A DNA stretch of 64,000 nucleotides from Myxococcota bacterium (GTDB taxonomy: Bacteria > Myxococcota_A > Polyangia > Polyangiales > Sandaracinaceae): the NCBI GenBank assembly GCA_036149055.1, contig JAYZQJ010000125.1:25455-89454 (forward strand), in the 5' to 3' direction. The notes under the pieces were generated by a model. That model had not been told where the DNA came from and ran no database searches. It saw nothing but the letters and a program-made list of their open reading frames with translations. Position 1 is the stretch's first letter. The number at the start of each line of letters is the position of its first letter. Below, one piece after another: positions 8,764 through 17,086 of the stretch. Position numbers and translations under genes: made by a program.

Positions 8764-9981
8764 ATCGACGTCCTCTTCCTCGCGCCGACCTATCCCCCCG
8801 AGATGCGGCAGTACGTGCGCGGGCTCGCCGAGGTGGGGGCGCGCGTGCACGGGGTGGGAGACACGCCGCCGGGCGCCCTGCCGGCCGACAGCCGCCGCTA
8901 CCTCTCGAGCTACCTGCAGGTGCCCCGGCTGCTCGACGAGGACGACGTGCTCGATCGGGCGAGCGCCTGGCTGCGCGGGCGGAGCCTGGACCGGGTGCTC
9001 TGCAACTGGGAGCCCCTCATCGTGCTCGCGGCGCGCATGCGGGAGCGCTGGGGCGTGCCGGGCATGTCGGTCGACGGGGCCATCGGCTTCCGCGACAAGG
9101 ACGTCATGAAGCGCCGGGTCGAGGCGGCGGGGCTCCGGGTCCCGCGGGCCGCCCGCGCGCGGAGCGTGCGACAGGTCTGGGCGGCGGCCGAGGAGGTCGG
9201 CTACCCGCTGATCATCAAGCCGATCGCGGGCGCCGGCAGCGCCGACACCTACCGGGTGGACGATCCGGTCGAGCTCGAGCGGGTGCTCGAGGCGGTGCGT
9301 CACGTGCCCGAGGTGAGCGTCGAGGAGTTCGTCGACGGCGAGGAGCGCACCTACGACACGGTCTGCGTGGACGGCCGGCCGGTCTTCGAGAACGTGGCCC
9401 AGTACCTCCCGAAGCCCCTCGAGGCGCGCTCGAACGAGTGGATCAGCCCGGTGATCATCACCGTGCGCGACCACGAGCAGCCGGCGATCCAGCCCGGCCT
9501 CGCCCTCGGCCGCGCGGTGCTCGACGCGCTCGGCATGCACGACGGCTTCACCCACATGGAGTGGTTCCTGACCGACTCCGGCGAGGCGGTCTTCGGCGAG
9601 ATCGGCGCGCGCCCGGGCGGGGCCCACCTCGTCGACCAGATGAACTACACCTGCGACGTCGACCTCTTCGTCGAGTGGGCGCGCGCGGTGTGCTGGGGCC
9701 GCTTCGACGGGCCCACCGAGCGCAAGTACAACTGCGCCATCACCTTCAAGCGCGCCAAGGGCCAGGGCCGCATCGCCGCCGTCCGCGGCGTCGAGGCGCT
9801 GCGCCGCCGCTGCGGCCGCTGGCTGGTCGAGGAGCGCCTCCTCCCGGTCGGCGCGACCCGCCGCAACTGGCGCCACACCCTGGTCAGCGACGGCTACCTG
9901 ATGTTCCGCCACCCCGACTGGGACGAGGCCAAGGCGATGGCCTTCGCGGCGGCGACCGACGTCGAGCTGATCGCCTCCTGA
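8764..9981 (+). CDS. ATP-grasp domain protein (apparent ATC start; first ATG at 8803)
   Basis: RDKDVMK, YPLIIKPIAGAGS, THMEWF, GEIGARPGG. N-terminus IDVLFLAP aligns with MDVILVEP and MNVAFIAP of the paralogues. Confidence 0.88.
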   Translation: MDVLFLAPTYPPEMRQYVRGLAEVGARVHGVGDTPPGALPADSRRYLSSYLQVPRLLDEDDVLDRASAWLRGRSLDRVLCNWEPLIVLAARMRERWGVPGMSVDGAIGFRDKDVMKRRVEAAGLRVPRAARARSVRQVWAAAEEVGYPLIIKPIAGAGSADTYRVDDPVELERVLEAVRHVPEVSVEEFVDGEERTYDTVCVDGRPVFENVAQYLPKPLEARSNEWISPVIITVRDHEQPAIQPGLALGRAVLDALGMHDGFTHMEWFLTDSGEAVFGEIGARPGGAHLVDQMNYTCDVDLFVEWARAVCWGRFDGPTERKYNCAITFKRAKGQGRIAAVRGVEALRRRCGRWLVEERLLPVGATRRNWRHTLVSDGYLMFRHPDWDEAKAMAFAAATDVELIAS

Positions 9982-10020
9982 CGCTGGCCTTCCCGGCCTC
10001 GCCGCTCTAGACGACAGGGC

Positions 10021-10596
10021 ATGGATCCCATCGCGCTCTTCCTCGAACGCCGCGCGGCCGCGGTGGCGGCGGGGGCTCTCTTCGACGGCACCAAGGCGGT
10101 GCTCTCCACCGCGACGAAGGACGGGATGCCGTCGTCTCGCTACGTGCTGGTGAAGGAGGTCGGCGAGGACGGCTTCTTCGTCTACACGAACTACGAGAGC
10201 CGCAAGGCGCGGGAGCTCGACGAGAACCCGCGGGCCGCGATCTGCGTGCACTGGGCGGAGCTCGACGAGCAGTGGCGGATCGAGGGCACGGTGGAGCGCG
10301 CCGCCGCCGCCCGGAGCGACGCCTACTTCGCGTCCCGCCCGCGCGGCAGCCAGCTCGGCGCCTGGGCGAGCGACCAGAGCCGCGAGATCGACGGCCGGGA
10401 GACCCTGATGCGGCGGCTGGAGGAGGTCACCGCGCGCTACGAAGGCGAGGCGGTGCCGCGCCCGGCGCACTGGGGCGGCTACCGCGTGATCCCGACCGCC
10501 ATCGAGCGCTGGATCAACGGCGAGGCCCGCCTCCACGACCGCTTTCGGTACACGAGGACCGACTCCGGCTGGACCATGGTCCGCCTCGCTCCCTGA
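10021..10596 (+). CDS. pdxH: Pyridoxamine 5'-phosphate oxidase
   Basis: RYVLVK, FYTNYESRK-like motif, YFASRPRGSQLGAWASDQS, PAHWGGY, RLHDRFRY, RLAP terminus. Confidence 0.95.
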   Translation: MDPIALFLERRAAAVAAGALFDGTKAVLSTATKDGMPSSRYVLVKEVGEDGFFVYTNYESRKARELDENPRAAICVHWAELDEQWRIEGTVERAAAARSDAYFASRPRGSQLGAWASDQSREIDGRETLMRRLEEVTARYEGEAVPRPAHWGGYRVIPTAIERWINGEARLHDRFRYTRTDSGWTMVRLAP

Positions 10597-10602
10597 CCGA
10601 TC

Positions 10603-11175
10603 TCAGCGGCTCAGGTTGATCAGCGCGCGACGGTGGGCCTCGATCGCCGCGACGTAGAGGGCGAAGCCCGCGAAGAGGATCGCGACGCCGACCACGCCGA
10701 CCTGGAAGACGACGAGCGAGGCGGCGAGGCTGCCGAAGACGAGCATCGCCGGCACCGGCAGGCGCTCCTCCCAGGGCGTCTCGAGGGTGGTGGGGCGCGC
10801 GTCGAGCTCGAGCTCGAGGGCCCGGACCCGCGGATCCTCGGTGACGACCGGTCGGCCGGCGGTGCGGTCGCAGAGGGCGACGCCGCAGCGCGGGCACTCC
10901 TCGGGGAACGGGAACGAGTCGCCGCAGCGGCCGCAGCCGTAGCGATCGGGGCGCGGGCCCGGGGGCGGCGTGCTCGGCGCGCCCTTCTTCCGGAAGGCGC
11001 CGCTCGCGATCGCCCGGTAGGCGCGCAGCACCGCCTTGAAGCGCTCGGCGGCGGTCGGGTCCCCCGGGTTGAGGTCCGGGTGGTGCTTCAGGGCGAGGCG
11101 GCGATAGGCCTGACGGGCCTCCACCAGGGTCGCGTCGCGAGAGAGGCCGAGGGTGGAGAAGGGGTCGTGGCGCAT
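10603..11175 (-). CDS. DnaJ-domain membrane protein with a zinc ribbon
   Basis: AYRRLALKHHPDLN (HPD), CxxC...CxxC, two C-terminal hydrophobic helices. Confidence 0.85.
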   Translation of the reverse strand: MRHDPFSTLGLSRDATLVEARQAYRRLALKHHPDLNPGDPTAAERFKAVLRAYRAIASGAFRKKGAPSTPPPGPRPDRYGCGRCGDSFPFPEECPRCGVALCDRTAGRPVVTEDPRVRALELELDARPTTLETPWEERLPVPAMLVFGSLAASLVVFQVGVVGVAILFAGFALYVAAIEAHRRALINLSR

Positions 11176-11228
11176 GTCGTGGTCCCTGGGACACCGAGCC
11201 GCGGCGACGGTTCCCGGAAAAGGATACG

Positions 11229-12380
11229 TCACGGGGCGGGGGCGGCTTCCTCGAATCGAGAGCCCTCGAACACGATGCGCCCTCCGGGGTGGAAGGTGAG
11301 GACGAGCTGGCCGAGCAGCCCCCACCCGACGCTGCCCGAGACCGGCGCCGCCACCGCGCGCGCGTGGCCCTCGTCGAGCACGCCCCGGAGCGCGGGGATG
11401 TCCTCCACCTGGAGCGCGCCGAGCCGGAGCGCCCCCACGGTCACCGCGTCGCTCCGCCAGCCCTCGAGCCCCTCGGCCGCGGCCGGGGTGAGCGCCAGCG
11501 GGTAGGCGCCCGCGGTGTCGAGGGTCAGCCAGGCCGCTCGCCCGTCCAGGGTCGCCGGCGCGGCGAGGAAGCTCCCGCCGAGGGCCATGCACGGAGCGCT
11601 CGTCTCGCCCGACGACGGAGGCGAGGCCCGGAAGGTCACGCGACCGCCCGGCCCGTCGAGGGTGGCCGCGAGCCGGAGGAGCAGCTCCGCGCCGATGACC
11701 ATGCCGATCTCGGCGCCGAGCGCGGCGCTGATCGCCTCGAGCGAGCGGACCACGTGGGGCACGCCGCGGACCCGGAGCGCGCCGAGGCCGAGCTCGTCGA
11801 TCGCGCCGGGCGCGTTCCGGATCGAGGGGTCGAGCACCGCCACGTGGGCGCCGGAGCCGAGGATCGCGAGCGTCTCGACGGTGTCCACCCGGACCGAGAC
11901 GACGGGCAGGGGGAAGGGCGCGAGGGGCAGGGTCGCCTCGGCGCCCTCCACCGCGTAGGGCTCGGGCGCGGCGCGGAGCGCGGGGATCATCGCGCCCGCC
12001 CAGGGATCCGGCGCCCGGGCCCGACGCTCGGCCGCCTCGAGGGTGGCGAGCGCGCCCCGCCGATCCCCGGCCGCGATCTGGGCCGCGCCCCGCAGGCGGA
12101 GCAGCGCCTCGTCCTCGATCCCGGCGAGCGCCCGCACCGCGCGCTCCGGGCGACCGAGGGCCAGGGCCGCCCGCGCGGCGATCTCCCTCGCGTCCGGGCC
12201 GCCCCCCGCCTCGAGCGCCCGCTCCGCCTCCCGGAGCGCCGCCTCCGGGTCCAGCCCGGCCCAGGCCTCGGCGGCGCGCCTCGTGGCCACGTCCGGATCG
12301 ACGGCGGGCGCGCGCGCGACCTGCGCTCCGCCGCAAGCGATGAGGAGCGCCGCCCAGGCGGCCCTCAGGCCGAGGGGCAC
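11229..12380 (-). CDS. Lipoprotein with a TPR-like region and tandem retropepsin-like aspartyl protease domains
   Basis: LIAC lipobox; ILGSGA...GMVIGAELL and LDTAG...GSVGWGLL repeats. Confidence 0.55.
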   Translation of the reverse strand: MPLGLRAAWAALLIACGGAQVARAPAVDPDVATRRAAEAWAGLDPEAALREAERALEAGGGPDAREIAARAALALGRPERAVRALAGIEDEALLRLRGAAQIAAGDRRGALATLEAAERRARAPDPWAGAMIPALRAAPEPYAVEGAEATLPLAPFPLPVVSVRVDTVETLAILGSGAHVAVLDPSIRNAPGAIDELGLGALRVRGVPHVVRSLEAISAALGAEIGMVIGAELLLRLAATLDGPGGRVTFRASPPSSGETSAPCMALGGSFLAAPATLDGRAAWLTLDTAGAYPLALTPAAAEGLEGWRSDAVTVGALRLGALQVEDIPALRGVLDEGHARAVAAPVSGSVGWGLLGQLVLTFHPGGRIVFEGSRFEEAAPAP

Positions 12381-13222
12381 GAGGTCTCGAACCCTTCCGG
12401 GATGGAGAAGGCGTGCTCGGTGGGCTCGGCCCAGAGCAGGCGGTCGCCGCGGAGGATCTTGCGCACGTCGCGCGCGTGGAGCCTGCCCTCGACCCGCGGG
12501 CCCTCGATCGCCCAGGGCTCGAGCACGTCGACGAAGGGATCGCGGCCGGGGACCCGATAGGCGACGCGCACGGCTCGCCGCTCCTCGCGCGCCCGGCGGA
12601 GCACCGCCTCGACGTCCTCGCGGAAGCGGATCGGGTCGCCGCGCCGCTGGGCCTGCCAGAGCTGCCGCGGGGTCTTCGCCTTGAGCTCGGCGGCGACGAC
12701 CTCGAGCAGCTTGCCGGCCGCCACCGCGTCGGGCTCGGCGCGGTGGGTGGGCTGCGGGAGCGACAGCTCGCTGGTGAGGGCGCGGAGCCCGTAGCTCGGG
12801 CGGTGCCAGGCGCGGCGGGCGAGCAGCCGGGTGTCGAGCGCGTGGGCCGGGGGCGGGTCGATCCAGTCTCGGGCGGCGGCGGCGGCGAGGAACTTCAGAT
12901 CGAAGCCGATGGTGTGCCCCACCACGATGGCGCCCGCGAAGAGCGCGGCGAGCGGCTCGCGCACCGCGGAGAGCGGGGGCGCGCCTTCGAGCGCCTCGTC
13001 GGAGATCTGGTGGATCCGCTCGGAGTCCCCGACCGGGCAGGGCGGCTTCACCAGGCCGACCCAGCGCGCGGTCTCCACGCCCCCCTCGACGCGCAGGCCC
13101 GCGACCTCGCAGATGTGATCGGTGTCGGGGTCGGTCCCCGTCATCTCGAGGTCGAGCCAGAGGAGCGGGACCTCGCCGAGCGGCGCGTCCCAGAGCTCCC
13201 CGCGCGGCTCCTCGTCGGTCAC
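12365..13222 (-). CDS. DEDDh 3'-5' exonuclease with a C-terminal WYL-like domain
   Basis: ExoI DLEMTG, ExoII GHTIGFD, ExoIII HRAEPDA. C-terminus AREERRAVRVAY...LEPWAI...RKILRGDRL. GTGA overlap with the upstream gene. Confidence 0.85.
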   Translation of the reverse strand: MTDEEPRGELWDAPLGEVPLLWLDLEMTGTDPDTDHICEVAGLRVEGGVETARWVGLVKPPCPVGDSERIHQISDEALEGAPPLSAVREPLAALFAGAIVVGHTIGFDLKFLAAAAARDWIDPPPAHALDTRLLARRAWHRPSYGLRALTSELSLPQPTHRAEPDAVAAGKLLEVVAAELKAKTPRQLWQAQRRGDPIRFREDVEAVLRRAREERRAVRVAYRVPGRDPFVDVLEPWAIEGPRVEGRLHARDVRKILRGDRLLWAEPTEHAFSIPEGFETSCPSA

Positions 13223-13758
13223 GCGGCGGCGGCCACCGGCGCGGGGGGCGGCGCGTCCACCGGGCCCTTCGCCTTGCCGAGCAGCTTGTCCTTGATGCGG
13301 ACGAAGTCCCAGACCGGGCCGGCCACGAAGCTGAGCGGGTCGTCGGCGAACGCGGGCGCGCCCTTCTCGAAGACGCCGTGCCCGACGAAGTTGAGCGCCC
13401 AGCCGACCGTCCAGCTCCCGTTGGCGAGCCACCACGGCGGCGTCCAGCGGGGCGCGGCGAGCATGCCGAGGGCGCCCCCGAGGATCATCGGGATGCCGAC
13501 CGTGTGCAGCACCCGGTTGGTCGGGTCCTGGTGGGTCTCGTCGTAGAACGCGATGGCGCGGTCCCAGCGATCCTTCAGGTCGCCGTCCCAGTCCGGGTGC
13601 GCCTTGCGCCACTCCTCCTCGAGCCCGACGAGGCCGCGGGCCGCGATCGAGAGCGCGCCCAGCTTGGCGCCGCCCATGAACCCCGCGGTGCCGACCGCGA
13701 GCATGGCCAGGTCGCGGTTCTTCTTCTCGGAGAGGGCCTCGGTGAGCTTCTCGAACAT
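13219..13758 (-). CDS. Mpo1/DUF962-like membrane protein
   Basis: YDETHQDPTNRVLHTVGIP and NFVGHGVFEK motifs. Confidence 0.8.
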   Translation of the reverse strand: MFEKLTEALSEKKNRDLAMLAVGTAGFMGGAKLGALSIAARGLVGLEEEWRKAHPDWDGDLKDRWDRAIAFYDETHQDPTNRVLHTVGIPMILGGALGMLAAPRWTPPWWLANGSWTVGWALNFVGHGVFEKGAPAFADDPLSFVAGPVWDFVRIKDKLLGKAKGPVDAPPPAPVAAAA

Positions 13759-13858
13759 GGCGGATCCTCCAGCGGATCGATGTAGGAGAGCCGGGAGACG
13801 GCTGCAAGGGCTGCCCGTTCGAGTTGCGCCGCGCGCCCGGCTCGATCAAGCCGCGACC

Positions 13859-15787
13859 ATGCGGCTCGCGGACGTGCTGGCGTCGATGGATCCGAAGCGC
13901 TTCGAGCGGCTCTGCCGCCGGCGCGGCGTGGTCGTCGACGAGCGCAAGCGGCTGGCCCCGGCCGAGCAGGCCGCGCGCCAGCTCGCCGACTGGATCCGGG
14001 TCGTGCGCCTCGACGAGCTGCCCGGGCCCGCCCGCAAGGCCTGCCGCTACCTGATGGAGCACCCGGGCGGGGCCGACCGGCGCGAGCTCGGCGGCGGTCT
14101 GCTGCCGCTCCTCGAGCAGGACGTGGTCTTCGAGGATCCGGCGGACTCCACCCGGGTGGCGATGCCGAGCGCGTACCGGGTGCAGCTCGCGCCGGCGAGC
14201 GGGGAGGACCGCACCTCGGCCCGGGCGCTGCTCGCGGTGCAGACCGACGAGGTCGCGCACGCGCTCGGGGCCCAGCTGCTCGGCCGCCAGCCGGTCGGGC
14301 CGGCCCCGCTCTGGATGGGCGACCTGCTCGATCGGCTCGAGACGCCCGGAGAGCGGAGCGCGCTCCTGTCCGAGGTCTCGCCGAAGCAACGTCGCTTGCT
14401 CGAGGCCATCGAGGCGCGCGGCGGGCAGCTGGAGACCGACGAGCTGCTCGCGCTCGAGCGCTCGCCCACGCGGGTGCAGCTCGCGGGGGGCGCGGCGCTG
14501 CCCACCCGGTCGGCGTCGCACTTCCTCTTCGTCCGGGGGCTGCTGCTGCCGCGGGCGCGCGGGCTCTGGGCGGTGCCGCGCGAGGTGGCCGAGTCGGTGG
14601 GCGCGCCGCGCCGCACCACCGAGCGGGCCCGGCGCAAGGAGCTGCTGGCCCAGGTCGCCGAAGACGAAGACCTCAGCCCCGCGCGGGCGAAGCTCAGCGA
14701 GGACCCGGCGCCCCACGCCGTCGCGCTCCTCGCGACCCTGGAGGCCGGGGGGCAGCTCCCCGGCGGCTCGCGCGCGGTGCGGCGCTCGGCGCTGCGGGCG
14801 GCGGCGGCGGAGCACGGGGTGGCCGAGGACGCGGCGTCGTTGCTCGTGGCCCTGGCGCGGGACGCGGGGGCGCGGCTGGAGCGGGCGCCGATGCGGGAGG
14901 TGGGCGCGGTGCTCTTCCGCGTCTGGCGCGAGGGCGCGGCCTGGGACGAGGCGCGCGAGGAGCCCGACGCCCACCGCGCCCAGCCCGACGTGGCCAGCGC
15001 GCCGACCCCGACCCGCGGGCTGCGCGAGGTGCTGGTGGAGCTGCTCGAGGCGATGCCCGAGGAGCGCTTCGCGCCGGTGGAGGAGGTGTGCCGGACGGCG
15101 GCGCGCGATCTGCGCAACCTGGGCGCGCCGCGCCTCCTCGAGCGAGCCGATGGGCGGCACCGGGGCGCGTTCCGTCAGAGCCCGGTGGAGATCGCGACCC
15201 GCATCGCGACCGTGTCGTTGCCCGCGCTGGGCGCCGCCGATCGCGGCGAGGTCGACGGCCGCGACGTGGTGCGCCTGTCTCGCCGGGCGCGGGCGTGGAT
15301 CGCGGGCGGCGCCGATCCGGGTCCCGAGCCCTCGCGCTGGGAGGGCGGCGGGCGGCTCCAGGTCGGCCGGGCCGCGCGGGTGGGGACGGTGCTCGAGGCG
15401 GCGGCGGCCGCGCACGCGCTGCCGGTCGCCGGCGGCTTGGTGCTCAAGGTCGACGAGGCGTCGGTGACCCGGGCGCTGGCGGCGGGGCTGACCAGGGGCG
15501 ACATCCGGGCGCGGCTCGAGGCGGCCGCGCCCGAGCTCGACCCGGGCGCGGAGCGCGCGATCGAGGCGGCGGCCCGCGCCCGCACGGTCATCGGTCGGGT
15601 CCCCGCGAGCGCCTGGCTGCCGATCGCGGACGAGGCGATCCGGCAGCGGCTCGTCGACGACCCCGAGCTCCGCGCGCTCATCGCGGCCGGCGGTCCCGAG
15701 GGCGGTGTCCTCATCCGGGAGGGCGTCTCCGAGGCCCGGCTGAGCCGCGCCCTCACCCGGCTCGGGATCGTCATCGAGAGCGACTGA
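13859..15787 (+). CDS. XPB/Ssl2-associated (Helicase_C_3-like) protein
   Basis: C-terminal LKVDEASVTRALAAGLTRGDIRARLE resembles Helicase_C_3. No helicase ATPase motifs. Start moved to MRLADVL. Confidence 0.6.
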   Translation: MRLADVLASMDPKRFERLCRRRGVVVDERKRLAPAEQAARQLADWIRVVRLDELPGPARKACRYLMEHPGGADRRELGGGLLPLLEQDVVFEDPADSTRVAMPSAYRVQLAPASGEDRTSARALLAVQTDEVAHALGAQLLGRQPVGPAPLWMGDLLDRLETPGERSALLSEVSPKQRRLLEAIEARGGQLETDELLALERSPTRVQLAGGAALPTRSASHFLFVRGLLLPRARGLWAVPREVAESVGAPRRTTERARRKELLAQVAEDEDLSPARAKLSEDPAPHAVALLATLEAGGQLPGGSRAVRRSALRAAAAEHGVAEDAASLLVALARDAGARLERAPMREVGAVLFRVWREGAAWDEAREEPDAHRAQPDVASAPTPTRGLREVLVELLEAMPEERFAPVEEVCRTAARDLRNLGAPRLLERADGRHRGAFRQSPVEIATRIATVSLPALGAADRGEVDGRDVVRLSRRARAWIAGGADPGPEPSRWEGGGRLQVGRAARVGTVLEAAAAAHALPVAGGLVLKVDEASVTRALAAGLTRGDIRARLEAAAPELDPGAERAIEAAARARTVIGRVPASAWLPIADEAIRQRLVDDPELRALIAAGGPEGGVLIREGVSEARLSRALTRLGIVIESD

Positions 15788-16067
15788 TATCCGCCGATGC
15801 GGACAGTGAGGACTCTCTCAGCAGATTGGTCCACCCCTGTTGGATCCAACGCCGTTCGGGTGTGCAGCACCAGCCTCAGAACCCCGTTTTTCTGGGCCAA
15901 ATGACCTTGACTCGGTCTCTCCGAGTTCTACTCTTTCGCTGCCCTCGGGGGGGATCATTCGGGGCACTTCCAGCGTCGATTGCATTCCTCTCGAGCGAGC
16001 TGTCAAAGCTCGTTGCGCTCGATTTGGCCGGGCGTGAGGCCGCGGGTAGCGGACATTGGAGGGGTTG

Positions 16068-16283
16068 ATGGCAGTCGGTACCGTCAAGTGGTTCAACAAC
16101 GCCAAGGGCTGGGGTTTCATCCGGCAGGACAGCGGACCGGACGTGTTCGTGCACTACTCCCAGATCTCTGGGGATGGGTTTCGCACGTTGCGTGAAGGTC
16201 AGGAAGTGCAGTTCGAGCTGCGCGATGGCCCGAAGGGTCCGCTGGCCGAGCAGGTCATGAAGGTCCCCCAGGCCGAAGCCTGA
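16068..16283 (+). CDS. csp: Cold-shock protein (CspA family)
   Basis: GTVKWFN, KGWGFI (RNP1), VFVHYS (RNP2); GGAGGGG RBS. Confidence 0.97.
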   Translation: MAVGTVKWFNNAKGWGFIRQDSGPDVFVHYSQISGDGFRTLREGQEVQFELRDGPKGPLAEQVMKVPQAEA

Positions 16284-16307
16284 CGATCAGTTTCGGGGGG
16301 TAGGAAA

Positions 16308-16344
16308 GAAGGGGCTGCGACGCTGTCGCGGCCCCTTCGTTTTT
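16308..16344 (+). terminator. Intrinsic terminator after csp
   Basis: GAAGGGGCTGCGAC-gct-GTCGCGGCCCCTTC hairpin followed by GTTTTT. Confidence 0.85.
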
Positions 16345-16364
16345 CCGTCGCTTCGTCCCTTCTT

Positions 16365-16400
16365 CGGGCACGGGCACGGGCGCGGGCAGGGGCACGGGCT
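16365..16400 (+). repeat. Six imperfect CGGGCA hexamers
   Basis: cgggca cgggca cgggcg cgggca ggggca cgggct. Confidence 0.85.
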
Positions 16401-16418
16401 GACAGCGCTTTCGCGCTG

Positions 16419-16850
16419 TCAGGGGGCGACGTATTTGTCGATCTCGAGCGCCCAGCGGACCTCTTCGACGACCGTGGACAGATCGTCGGCGGGCTTCGCG
16501 TAGGTGATCTCGTGCCAGGTGTCGAGCACCTTGGCGTCGTCCATCGGGTCCTTCACGTCGACGGTCTGGGCGCCCTCCTCGGCGTAGCCGCGCGCGAGCG
16601 CCTGCTGGCCGACGGTCTCCCGCACCCGCTCGAAGAGCGCGTCCGCGCCCACGCTCGGGTAGTCGGAGCGCTGGGACCGCGCGGTGAAGACCACGCGTAG
16701 GCCCTCCGCCATCCGGACCCGGATCCCGGAGTCCATGATGTGGAGCCTCACCCGCTCGGCGACCTGAATTTCGGCCTCACGGGTGCGGTACACCTCCAGG
16801 CCTGCGTCGAGGAGGTGCTTCTTGACCTGCTGAAGGTCCGTACTGCTCAC
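16419..16850 (-). CDS. Hypothetical protein
   Basis: Protein-like composition from GTG 16850 (VSSTDLQQVKKHL...); GGAGAGG RBS upstream. Confidence 0.7.
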   Translation of the reverse strand: MSSTDLQQVKKHLLDAGLEVYRTREAEIQVAERVRLHIMDSGIRVRMAEGLRVVFTARSQRSDYPSVGADALFERVRETVGQQALARGYAEEGAQTVDVKDPMDDAKVLDTWHEITYAKPADDLSTVVEEVRWALEIDKYVAP

Positions 16851-17086
16851 TCGGGGTCCTCTCCTGACCCGGGACCGCTGCCCCGGGGCTCCGCTGAAAC
16901 GGCTCCGCACCTTATCACCAGCGCACCCGAACCGGCAACGCGCGGGATCATCGATGACGCGGTGCGGCGCGGACCGCCTTGCCGCTCCGGATCCGGCTTC
17001 GTATGGTCCCTCGTCGGTCCCCCGTCGGTCTTCGGACGGCGACTCCTCGCCTTTGGACGTGCGGCGGACCTCCACGGAGACTCGCC

